The position numbers and the translations under genes are program-made. A DNA stretch of 44,645 nt from Jimgerdemannia flammicorona (taxonomy: Eukaryota), in NCBI GenBank assembly GCA_003990765.1, contig RBNJ01000066.1, positions 1 through 44,645 on the forward strand, given 5' to 3'. The notes under the pieces were generated by a model. The model ran no database searches, was not told the DNA's origin, and saw only the letters and a program-made list of their open reading frames with translations. Shown in pieces: positions 1 to 12,188 of the stretch. Numbering within the stretch: position 1 is the first letter of the stretch; each line of letters starts with the position of its first letter.

Positions 1-211
1 TTTTTTTATTTTCAAACAGCTTTGCTCCTTTAGATAATTTGCTATTTATATATTTATTAAGAATCTCTTTCAAAATACTTATATATAAATAGTTAAAAAG
101 AATATTAATAAGAATATTATACTTATCTAGAAGAGAAGCTGATAATAAACTAATAGCAACTTGAGTGAACAAGAATGGAATGATAGCAATAAGGATAAAA
201 AAAAGCTTAGA

Positions 212-2148
212 TAGATGTCCTGTGATTATCTTCACTTTCTTCTCCAGAGTTTTCTTAAATATTATTAGCCTCAGTTATCTTTTATCCTTATTTCTTGATT
301 GTATCAGTAAGTCTATATCTTATTTACTATCTGAATATGAGTATTTTTACCAACTGGCCAAAGGTTGCATTGATCTTTTGTTGACTGAGATCTTTGAGGA
401 TATTATACTTGAATATCTTGGTCTTGTAAAGCTTCTTCTCTTTTTATCCTTTACTGGCTAGAGTAGTTCCTTGAATGATATCTTGAACAGCCTGTTCTAG
501 TTCTATATCTTGATCTATTTCACCTTGGCTTTCTGTAGCAGTTTTCATCTATTTTTCCACATAGTTCTTAGGTCACTCTAATGGTCTCTTATAGGGTTCC
601 TTTCAGATATCTTTCTTAGTAATCTATACTGGATATATCTCTCATTCTTCTTTATCTGATTCTCCAATCTCCTTGAAGATAATAGTGTTGGCCTATTCCT
701 TATTTCAAGTAGCATTACTTGACTGGGCCTTATATTTGGTTTTGCTTATACATTTATATAAGTAGTGGCCTTCTTCTTTACAAGTATAGTAGGTACTTCT
801 CTTCTCTCTTCTTGTTTGAGATAGCAGCAAACTTCTGAACTAGGCAGCAGTCTCTTACTCTAATTTCCTCTACCATATCTCCAAGATGGGTAGTTATTTT
901 AGCAAACTTCTTAGCAAGTTTCTCTATAGAGTCACTGTTCCTCTGCTGCTCAGTAGCTCTTAGCTGAGGTGTATTTCAATTGATCACTATAGTAGGGATC
1001 ATACTGATTGCCTTGAGTGCTTCAATTCTGACTCTAGTAACTCTTTCCATTATATAGTCTTGTGGATGTCTGGCTATTCAGTATTGCTGGGCAAAGGTGA
1101 CCTTTTGTACTAGATTCAGAACTATTAGTAATGAGCAGATGACCATGACTATCTCTGGGTAAACTCCTTTTATGAAGGTTGCTTTAGCTACTTGATCTTA
1201 GATAGTATCAGTATAATCAGTAAGAATTATCTAATATTGGATTCTAGTATAGAATGTATTTGAGTTCTTGCTCATTTCTTGGTATATTATATTGAGCTGA
1301 TTCTTCAGAACTTACTTAATCTCATCTGTATAGTAAGTGGTTAGAGCTAGGTCTTCTGTGCTGCTAGCATGGCATTATCATTATTTCCTATATAGGTTAT
1401 AGCTATAAATACTACTCTTACTGGTTCTTGGAGACTGAAGAGTATGAGGGCCACTTGCTGTCTTACTGTCAGGGTTCTTACAGCAGTATACTACTTGAAA
1501 TCATCAATGAATATAATGATTAATTCATCTGAAGTATATCTGTGGAATACTGGTGATCTCATATCTATCTTGTCTAGATATCTTGATTCAATTTATATGA
1601 TTGTTTAGATGATAGCAGTTGTTTATTATTTAGCTTGAAAGTGAGAGATGTATCTTAAATCACCAGTCAATGGGCACCAATTTGTAATGTAGCAAATATG
1701 TAACTGTATAAGGTATGTCAGATTTCTGTATCTTGAAAACTTAATCTTCTTTGACTCTATGTCCTCAGGATATAGGAGTGGTTGAGTTTGAAGTATATCT
1801 GCCTATAGGCTTACTAGTTTCTTTGCTTTCTCTTTACTTTGAATTATTTCAAACTGAGGTTTATTTACTCTAGATACTGGAGATATTTATACAAGTTTGC
1901 TAGCTATAAGGTAGTTAAGTTATGAGTCACTTTTTTTAAATATTAAATCCTTAACATCTGCTAAATCTTTGACAATTGCCAAAACTTTAATATCTGCAAG
2001 ATCTTTAATATTTGTGAAAACTTTAATATTTGTAAAATACTATGACTGCTATTTGTAAGGCTATACTATATTTGGGAATTAGATTCAGATACTACAATTA
2101 AATATTAATTCTCCTGATTTGTATTCCTAATTTAGATCAACCATCATA
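212..2148 (-). mobile_element. Truncated, degenerate Ty3/Gypsy LTR retrotransposon (copy A, same family as copy C): 5' LTR, PBS, gag; breaks off just before the protease core
   Basis: Reverse complement aligns by eye with 13891-15843 (LTR ends, TGGTGCCCATTG PBS at about 1667-1679, gag region); many stops from C>T/G>A changes; similarity ends near 212. Confidence 0.9.
1683..2148 (-). repeat. 5' LTR of copy A (about 466 bp), with internal ~18-bp tandem repeats at about 1950-2040
   Basis: Ends match the copy C LTR ends in reverse complement (tgtaatgtagca... at 1683; ...gatcaaccatcata at 2148). Confidence 0.85.
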
Positions 2149-2451
2149 ATACTAATAATACTAAAGAATCTTCTTTTTAAATAAATATATTCATAGATTA
2201 TATCAGTAAGTAATTTTTATTTTTATTTGACAGAAATCAGCTAAAAGTATTAATAAGTAGTCAATTTAAGCTGAAAAATAACTTATTTCTACTAATTTTT
2301 AATATTGATTATATTTATTCAAATAAGATTATAAAATATTATAATATAATATCATTATTTATATTTCTTATCAAGCTTCTAAAACTCATAGAGAATTAAA
2401 TTATTTATATATTATCACTTACATTTCTTAAAAATCTAATTATTTATATAC

Positions 2452-3995
2452 TGTAACAGTAATCTCAAAATGATGACATCAGTATAGGAGACAGCCTTTC
2501 CTCACAAGCCACCAGATCGGAGTACAAGGAGATCATACAGCATATGAGATGAGCAATAATGACCAACTGTGAGTCATTGTGACCACAGTACAAGCATCCT
2601 AAAGAATATAAAAGAAGGATCAAGGAACTACAGTAGTAGCAACCAATAAGAACCACCAATCCCAAAATAGCTCAAAGACTTACTATAAATGAAATGCCTG
2701 CTGCCTGCCAAACCTCAAGGTCAAGGAATTACCAAGGCATCTCAGTCGAGGAAAGGATGTTCTAAGACATCAGAAGAGCTATAAGGACCCACTCAAGAAG
2801 GACTCTTAGTATCAACCTGGGTACTGCAGATCTCTATCACTTTATCCTCTACCACTATGAAATGGAAACAAGGATCACCATTGCTACTGAATACCTCCAA
2901 ATGTGGCAGGAGTATGAAATAGAAAACCTCCTCTGCTGGGAGTTCTCACAGGCCAGCCCTCAAGAGCTACAAGATGCCACTCCTATGGATATATGCAAGA
3001 CAAGAATGGCTAAGAAGATCTATTAGATCTTCAGGCATACACTATGGTCGATCCCCAACTTGGAGTATGTTAGAGTTTCAGACTTCAGAGATCTGTTATC
3101 CTGCTGTATCAATGCACTAGAAGCCAGGGTGACTACAGAAGCCCAGTTCACTATCACCCTCAATAGTGATGAAGTAGAAGACTTCTGGTATCCCATCCTT
3201 CAGGACAACCCAGACCAATTCCTGCAAGGATTGATCTCAGTATTCCAAGGCCCAAGCATCCAGGTTAGACCTCTCTAAGATCTCACATTTGTTCCTTATT
3301 TTGTAGAAGAGAACCTCATAGATTGGAGAGCTTCCAATTTCCCTACCGAATGTGATGACATCATCAGCAATGATGTCATTCTGTGTGACATCGAAGTACA
3401 TGAAAATGATGAATTCATGGATCTCATCTCCTTCAGTGATGATGATGATGATGAAACCCCCATGGTCCTGAACTTTCTGCTCTAAGTTCTTTGTTATACT
3501 GAATAATACCAGTACCAGTATTTTGATGTAACACCAGATAATGTCAATACTGATATTCTGAGGTGATGCAAAATTGTTCCAGCACCAGTATTCTGATATA
3601 ATACTGAATTATACCAGTATTCTGAACCTATACAAACATCAGTATTCTGAACCTATACAAACATCAGTACTGACCCTGGAACTTAGTAGTTTTAGTTATT
3701 GGAATTTATATTTAGCTTTATATCTTAGCAACTATTGAATTATATTTTGTATAAATATTCCTCTTATTTCCTCTGAAATAAAGTCAGTTAAGTTTCAGTC
3801 AAGTTTACTTATACACAATCTCTTGCAAGCAATCTAAGAGATAACAAGACAGTTAAGATAAGAAGTTTGAGGACTATAAGACTTTAGGAAGGCACTCCAA
3901 TAAGAACTTGCTTATAACAATCTTGAGTTAGTCTAAGAGATACACCTTGAAGAGAATCTGGTATATTTGAAGAACTCAGTGACTACTATGTGACA
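2452..3995 (+). repeat. 5' LTR of copy B (1544 bp)
   Basis: Starts TGTAACAG, ends TGTGACA; colinear with 9676-11194; carries an extra ~25-bp tandem unit at about 3615-3665. Confidence 0.95.
2544..3485 (+). pseudogene. LTR-encoded accessory ORF (U3 region), about 310-340 codons, unknown function, acidic C-terminus
   Basis: One frame runs through the LTR (includes ORF-track 3060-3278); interruptions are TGA/TAA/TAG explainable as CGA/CAA/CAG; start codon uncertain (2544, 2559 or 2694). Confidence 0.75.
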
Positions 3996-3998
3996 ACT

Positions 3999-4016
3999 TA
4001 GTACCCATTGGCTGGT
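3999..4016 (+). promoter_or_regulatory. Primer-binding site of copy B (TAGTACCCATTGGCTGGT, eroded from TGGTGCCCATTGG...)
   Basis: Starts 3 nt after the LTR end; matches the PBS of copies A and C; priming tRNA not identified. Confidence 0.8.
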
Positions 4017-4115
4017 AATTCAAGATGAATTCCTCACTTTCAAGCTAAAAAATGAACAACCCCCATAACAACTACTCTGACTACAAGAGTCACCCCTGCA
4101 AGAATTCAAGACAAG

Positions 4116-7100
4116 ATGGAAATACATCCCCCCACATTCTATGGATATACTACTGAAGAGTCAATCCTGACCATCATTGAAGACTTTAAACAATTTGCCA
4201 CCATACAAGCCCTTAGTGTGGATGCTCAATTGGCCCTTCTACCAGTCAGCCTCAGAGGACCTGCCAGAGACAAGTTCAATACAGCCACTATTGCTAATGC
4301 TGGTATAGCCAAACTTGCCAACATGAAGGCCTTCCTCAGAACAACATATTATACTGAAGAGATCAAGCAAGCTCTCAAGGATCAACTTAATACTATCTGC
4401 CAGGGACTTAGTGAAGATTCCAACTCATTCTATATCTAAATCTGCTACCAGATTGTCCTAGCTGGCTATAATGATGCTCTCAAGGAACAAATAGTGGATT
4501 CAACCTTCCTCAAAGAAGTTCACCCTGAAATTGCCCTAGCAATCTGGTCTACCCCAGCTGTACTGACTTTTGATCAGAAAGTGGTCTTTGTATAGAGATA
4601 TTGGACTGCCAGACACCCTGCCAAACACTCAATGGAGAAAATAACTGGCATCAAGATAGAGCTATCAAAGCTATCTAGTATTATATCTGCTACAGTTGTA
4701 AACAGACAACTAACCCCATCTACTCCCAAGATAGCCAAAGCTGATCCAGTGGAGGAACTCGCCAAGCAGTTCGCTGAGATGACTATACACCTTGGTAATG
4801 TTATTAGAGAAGTCCAAAGCACCAACAGGAGATCAGTATAGAGATTTGCAGCTGCTACAGAAGAATACAATATCATATACTTCAGATATAGAGAAGAAGG
4901 CCACTATGCAAAGAATTGCATGACTGAAACAAGATGCAAAGCCCAACCAAGCAATGCTAGCAGAACCAGAGAACAAACAAATGCAGTAGTCATCAAGGAG
5001 ATTGGTGATACTGATGATGAAGAATACTATGAGGAGCTTGAATTCTACCCTACTACTAAAGGTACCAGAACCTGGTCTAAGCCCTATGACAAGAAGAGTA
5101 ACAGCAAACCAGTTGAAAGACTAAAGAAGACCCCAGCTGTCACTATTCAAAGCAAGACCCAACCCAAGGAGATTGATCAAGATATGGAGTTAGATGAAGC
5201 TGCCCACCAAATCATTGAAGGCACTACTCTAGTCTCAGGAGAAAGTGAAAGCAAGAAGGAACAGAAGCTGTACAAGACCAAGATCCACTAATATGATATC
5301 TATAAGGACCTCAAGGAACAGAAGGTCAATGCCACTTTTGGACAGCTAGCTGAAGTCTCTGCCTTCAGACAACAGTTGAGAGTAGGACTTGCAACTACTG
5401 TCAAGAATCAAGAGTATAAGATTGTAGAAGCTCACAATGTACAGGAAGAATCCAAGAACTCAGATGAAGAATCCAAAGACTAGTGCAAGACATCAGCCTA
5501 TATCTCATATCAGATTGAAGACTGTATTTTGATGCTATCATTAATACTGGTGCTGGAGGATGCCTCATGAGCAAGAAGGCAATTGACCACCTAGGCTGGG
5601 ACATTGAAGAGTCCACCAAGATAGTCTATGTCACAGCAGATAGTATATGAGCTACCCACCTTGGCAAAATCTGAGAAGTTCCCATCAAGATAGGAGGAGC
5701 TATTATTCCAGTAGATGTGATTATCACAAGTGCCACCAACTATGACATCCTCATTAGCAACCAATGGCTTCACAAGGCCAAGGCCATCATTGACCTCAAT
5801 GCCCAGAAGATGCAGATCAACTATAGAGGAAGAAAGGTATAAATCTCTATCAATGTTCATAAAGGAGTCCTACCAGATATGGAGGAAGGAGATGAAGAGG
5901 ACACAGAGGTCTTCATGCACTCAGTGAACAAGAACAAGAACAAGACACCCAAGCTCACAGATGAGCAGTGGTACAACAAGATCATTGATAGATATGTCCC
6001 TCAAGAAAGATGCCCCCATGATACTAGGATATACTGCTCTGAACACCTGAATGACTGCTGGTCCTATATCAGTGAAGTCAGAAAAATCTGCCAACAGAAA
6101 TATGAGCAAGAAGCCACTGAAGCAAAAAGGAAAGCTGAAGAAGATGACCAGTCCCCAGAGCTTTAGGCTGACAGTGATGATGAGGAGGAACAAGAATCAG
6201 ACATCACCCTCAAGGTCAAGAAGTTTCACCCTGAAGCCAAGATCCCAGAATACAAGACTGAAGGAGCCATAGAAATGGACCTTGCCAGCATTCAAGATGC
6301 TACCCTTGAACCACAGACCACCACTCTACTTGGCACTGGAATTGGAGTCAAGCTGCTAGAGAACCATGCTGGAATTATCAAGACCAGAAGCAGTCTGGCC
6401 AAAAGTGAAATCTCAGTTAAAGGAGGAGTAATTAATCCTGATTATACTGGCGAGATCTTTCTCATAGTCAGGAATCACAACCCCACCACCTCATTTGAAG
6501 TCAAGAAGTATGACAGAATTGGCCAGATGCTGATCCATGAAATCAAGAAACCCAAGATCATAGAAGCCACCGAACTCATCAAGATAAAGAGAGGAGAACA
6601 AGGCTTTGGATCTACTGGAAGAGGAGTCTATGTTACCACCAAGATTACCAAACTTGAGCACAAGGAAGACAAGGATCAGAACAAGCATATATACACTATT
6701 GGAGAAAACTTTCTCCTAAAAGAACAACTTCTCAAGATCCTACATCAGAATGAAGGAGAATTTGCTACAGACTTCTGGGATATCCACAATCAAAAACCCA
6801 AGTACTATCATGAAGTTGATACTGGTGACACCAAGCCCATCTACCAGAAAGCCAGACCCATACCACCTGCCTATAGAGAGTGGCTGCAAGCAGAACTCAA
6901 GAAAATGGAAGAAGCCAGAATCATCAAGCAAGCTATCAACCCCTGGGCCTCACCTATTGTTCTTGCCCCAAAGAAAGGAAGCAAGCCTGGTATTGACTAC
7001 AGAAAGCTCAATGCCATCATCAAGAAGGATAGGCAGCTCTTGCCAAATATCTAAGAAATCCTTACCACCCTTGGAAGCAAAGCCAAATACTATACCACCT

Positions 7101-9320
7101 TGGATCTGTTCTCAGGCTTCCATCAGATTGGTCTCACTCAAGATATCAGTGAGAAATCAGTCTTCATCATACCTGATTCCACCTATATCTATCTGCAAAT
7201 GCCATTTGGAATGTGCAACGCCCCAGTAAGTTTCCAGTAAATGATGAACAGAGTCTTTAGCAATGAGATTGGAAAATGGCTCTTTGTCTATGTTGATGAT
7301 GTGATCATCTTCAGCAATACTGCACAGGAATATGTCAATCACATACAGCTAGTCCTCAAGAAGCTCAAAGAGCATGGCCTCTACATCAAGCCCAAGAAAT
7401 GCAAGTTTGCAGTCCAGGAAATCACCTACCTAGGACACCTCATCAACCAGACCAGAATCTACACAGATCCCATGAAGATTGAGGCTGTTGCAGCCTACCC
7501 AAGACTCAGAACAACCACAGAAGTCCATGCCTTCCTTGGACTGATTAGCTATTATAGAAGATTCATCAAAAGATACTCCAATATTACAGTACCTATCTAT
7601 GAGCTACTGAAGAAGGAAACCAAATTCAAATAGACTAAGGAGTGCCAAGAAACTCTCAATGAACTCAAGACCAGGTTGACCCAAGCACCTATCCTCAGAA
7701 GACCAGACTGGAACCTAGAATTCATTCTGCAGACAAATGTGAGTACTATAGAACTTGGAGCAGTCCTAGCTCAGAAGAAAGATGGACATGAATATGTCAT
7801 CTCCTATATAAGCTAAGGTACCCATAGAATAGAACAGAACTATGAGTCATGCAAGCTTAAATGCTTAGCAGTAGTCTGGGCAGTAGATAAGTTCCACTAC
7901 TACCTAGTTGGAAAATACTTCACTATTCAAACAGACCACTTCACTCTTGCCTGGCTATTCCACACTCTGAACCCCAAAGAAATATATGCCAGATGGATCT
8001 ACAGGCTGCAAGAGTATGACTATACTGTCAAACACTGCTCAGGAAAGACCAATACCAATGCTGATGCACTCTTAAGGATACCCTGAAATACCCCATCAAG
8101 ACTATTCAATATGAATAAGGAGCTATACTATGGATTAATTAGCTATCTTGAGCAGTAGAAGATGCCTAACCACCTCAAACCCTGGACAATCACCATCATC
8201 AACTGGACTTGGAAACAGTTTGAATTAGATAATATGTACTACACTCAGAAAAGGAGGAAAGCTAGTAATATCTAAACATAAGAAGTATCAAGTAATGAAG
8301 GAAGTATATGAGCAAGGATACTTAGGAGGAACCAACACATATGACAAAGTAAGAAGAACCATATAGTGGCCCAAGATAGAAGAAGACCTGCACCAATTTG
8401 TCAAAGGGTGTGACAAGTGTCAAAAACAGAAATAAGATCAGCAAGACCAGACATCTGGGTCATCAAGAATTGAGCCTATCCCCTTCCACTATATTGCAAT
8501 GGATATCATTGGGCCACTACCAGTAACAATATCAGGAAACTGCTATATTATAGTTATTGTAGACCTCTTTACCAAAGGGATAGAGGCAGGAGCATTACAA
8601 GAAGTCAATATCCTCTCTATAGCTGACTTTCTATACCAAGAAATCATCTGCTGCTATAAGATACCAAAGCAAATCACAACAGACCATGGCATGGAATTTG
8701 CCAATAGATTTTATGAGATAATATATCAGAAATACAAGATCCAGTACATCAAGACCACTACGTATCACTCTCAAGAAAATGGACAGATAGAGAGAATCAA
8801 CAAGACCCTCAAGAATATTCTAGCAAAGATCTCAGAGATATATGAGAATTGGGATAACTATCTCCCAACTGCCCTCTCTGTCCTATGAGACATATGGTCA
8901 CAGAGCACACACTTTACCCCAAGGGAGCTGCTCTTTAGAGAAGAAGATTCTGATGGAACCTCAGCCACAAATCTAGACCTAACTTAGAGACAGGTTGATG
9001 CAGAAATCCAGAGACTACACCAAATCAGGAAGAAGGCTGAAGATTACATTATCAAGTTACAAGCACTGACAAGAAAGAATGCAGAAAAGAATAACAAGGC
9101 CCTAGAACCCATCCGAATTGGAGAAAAGGTTCTACTATATCAAAATATGGTAGAAGCCTCAATGTCATGAAAACTGGAGCCCAAATGGGAAGGACTCTTC
9201 TATGTACAAGATATCAAGAGAACCACCTTCTGGCTTAGAAAAATCTCAGAGACCATACTGCCTACTATGGTATATAGGAACAGACTCAAAAAGTACCACA
9301 AACCTATACAAGAGAAGTAA
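4116..9320 (+). pseudogene. gag-pol of copy B (Gag, aspartic protease, Cys/His module, dUTPase, RT, RNase H, integrase), disrupted
   Basis: Motifs: AII[N]TGAG (eroded DTG), PWASPIVL, IDYRKLN, YVDD, FLGL.SYYRRFI, ADAL, integrase MDIIGPLP/TDHG/GQIERIN, KLEPKWEG; many stops and frameshifts. Confidence 0.95.
6203..6619 (+). other. dUTPase domain within pol of copy B
   Basis: Trimeric dUTPase motifs: (A)IEMDL, RSSLA, GGVINPDYTGEI, DRIGQM, RGEQGFGSTG. Confidence 0.95.
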
Positions 9321-9665
9321 AATGTGATGACTGCCCATGAGGTTCTAGTCTACAAATCATAACAGCATGTCCCGTGACTAGCAGGCTATCTGTCTGGACC
9401 ATTCTCTAAGAGATATGGCACTGGTAACTACTCATTCATGAGACTTTCAAAGTCAGAGAAGTTTGAACCATCAACTGATTGGTCAAGATCAGAATCAGGC
9501 CCTTACTCTATATGAAGGGAGCAATCCTTCACCATCATGCCAAAATACAAAGGAAAGATGCCAGCCCATAAATACCACTTTTTGACCCCTTGCCAGAGGT
9601 TATGGGATCAGCAAATTTTTCAGGACTGGACCAATGAATAAGGATGCTTGAGAAGATCCTTATTC

Positions 9666-9675
9666 AGAAGGAAGA
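9666..9675 (+). promoter_or_regulatory. Polypurine tract of copy B
   Basis: AGAAGGAAGA immediately before the 3' LTR. Confidence 0.75.
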
Positions 9676-11194
9676 TATAACAGTGACCTCAGAATTATGA
9701 CATCAGTACAGGAGATAGCCTTTCCTCACAAGCTACTAGATCAGAGCACAAGGAGATCATATGATATATGAGATGAGCAATGATGACCAATTGTGAGTCA
9801 TTGTGACCACAGTACAAGTATCCTGAAGAATATAAAAGAAGGATCAAGAAACTGCAGTAGCAGCAACTAATAAGAACCACCAATCTCAAAATAGCTCAAA
9901 GACTTACCACAAATAAAATGCCTGCTATCTGCCAAACCTCAAGGTCAAGGAATCACCAAAGCATCTCAGTCGAGGAAAGGATGTTCTAAGACATCAGAAG
10001 AGCTATGAGGACTCACTCAAGAAGGACTCCTAGTGTCAATCTGGGTACTACAGATCCCTATCACTTTATTCTCTACTGCTGTGAAATGGAAACAAGGATT
10101 ACCATTACTACCAAATACCTCCAAATGTGGTAGGAGTATGAAATAGAAAACCTCCTCTACTGGGAGTTCCTACAGGCCAGCCCTCAAGAGTTACAAGATA
10201 CCACTTCTATGGATATATGCAAGACAAGAATGGCTAAGAAGATCTATCAGATCTTCAGGCATGCACCATGGTTGATCTCCAACTTAGAGTATATTAGAGT
10301 TTCAGATTTCAGAGACCAGTCATCCTACCATATCAATGCACTAGAAGCCAGGGTGGCTACAGAAGCCCAGTCCACTATCACCCTCAATACTGATGAAGTA
10401 GAAGACTTCTGGCATCCCATCCTTCAGGACAATCCAGACCAATTCTTGCAAGGATTGATCTCAGTATTCCAAGGCCCAAGCATCCAGGTTAGACCTCTCT
10501 AAGACCCCACATTTGTTCCTTATTTTGTGGAAGAGAATTTCATAGATTGGAGAGCCCCCAATTTCCCCACCAAATGTGATGACATCATCAGCAATAATGT
10601 CATCCCATGCAATATTAAAGTATATGAAAACAATGAATTCACAGATCTCATCTCTTTCAGTAATGACAATGATGATGAAGCCCCAATAGTTCTGAACTTT
10701 CTGCTCTAAGTTCTTTATTACACTGAATAATGCCAGCACCAGTATTTTGATGTAATACTAGATAATACCAGTACTGATATTCTGAGGTGACATGAAATTA
10801 TTCCAGTATCAGTATTCTGATGTGATACTGAATTATACCAATATCCTGAACCTGTACAAATATCAGTACCAATTCTGAAACTTAGTAGTTTTAGTTATTG
10901 GAATTTATATTTAGCTTTATATCTTAGCAACTATTGAATTATATTTTGTATAAATACCCCTCTTATTTCCTCTGAAATAAAGTCAGTCAAGTTTCAGTCA
11001 AGTTCACTTACATACAATCCCTTGCAAGCAATCTAAGAGATAATAAGACAGTTAAAATAAGAAGTTTGAGGACTATAAGACCTTGGAAAGGCACTCTAAT
11101 AAGAACTTGCTTATAACAAACTTGAGTTAGTCTAAGAGATACACCTTGAAGAGAATCTGGCATATTTGAAGGACTCAGTAACCACTATGTAACA
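9676..11194 (+). repeat. 3' LTR of copy B (1519 bp), containing the second copy of the accessory ORF (about 9768-10709)
   Basis: Colinear with 2452-3995; ORF-track 10209-10502 and 10527-10709 are in one frame. Confidence 0.95.
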
Positions 11195-12156
11195 ATACTA
11201 TTATTTATATTTTTCTAAAATTTAGAGAGAATCTAATTATTTAAATATATATAAGCTGTCAATTATTTATATAAAGTTTATTTTAATAAATATAATATAT
11301 AAATATACTTATAATCTTCTTAATTTAGATATATCTCTTCTTTGTTTCTAAATTTCTCTTATTTCTTCATTATAGTAGCCCAGTCAGCATTCAGTCACTG
11401 CTATATCTCTGATAAGCTAACTATACTAATTATTTCAAAAATATTATCATATTAGAATTTTTATAATAATTTCTTAAATTTGATTTTGATAATGACTATA
11501 TAAATCTAAAATAAATAAAATATGATTAGATCTATAATATATAAGTAAAAAATACTCTTATTATATAAACTTACTATAGTGATAGTAAATGCTGATATTC
11601 TTCTATTTAGCATTTTTAATTAATACAATTGAAATAAACTGAATAATATCTTTAATCTATGATATAGTTTATAATTGAGATATATAAAGACTAGTCAAAT
11701 AATCTCTTTAAATATTATATCAGTATTGATTCCATTAACTGTATAGTCCTTGAACTTGGCTTATTATATAACATTAAAGTTAAAGGTCTTGTTAATTAGA
11801 TCTGCTAGAAGGCTGAACTTAGAACTATATTTTTATAGGTAAAAAATATCTTATCAGAATCAAACATTAATTATTTATACTAGTAGTCCTTGTTGAGCTT
11901 ATAAATATTCTAAAGAGCAGAAGTGAGCTCAGAGATAAGTTCAGCATTAACAATATTAAGAGTCTGTCTCCTCATATTACTTGACTAATAGATGATTTAT
12001 AGATGAAAGATAATTAGAAAATATCAAATATATATAAAAGAGAAGAGTATATATAAGTTAATATATCTTCAAATATTTCACAATTTGATCCTTAGTAATC
12101 AATATATTAATATCAAAATCTATACTATTATATATATTTTTTTAAGATATCCTTCT

Positions 12157-12157
<1 letters not shown>

Positions 12158-12188
<31 letters not shown>

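Larger units (their letters stand above)
2452..11194 (+). mobile_element. Full-length Ty3/Gypsy LTR retrotransposon (copy B) with dUTPase and ~1.5-kb LTRs; inactivated
   Basis: Direct repeats 2452-3995 and 9676-11194 (TGT...ACA), 4-bp TSD ATAC (2448-2451 and 11195-11198), PBS, PPT, domain order gag-PR-dUT-RT-RH-IN. Confidence 0.97.

Noticed and set aside
3500-3680. Short repeats (CCAGTATTCTGA) in the B LTR resembling a CRISPR array
   Set aside because: Degenerate tandem LTR repeats without unique spacers; eukaryotic context, no cas genes
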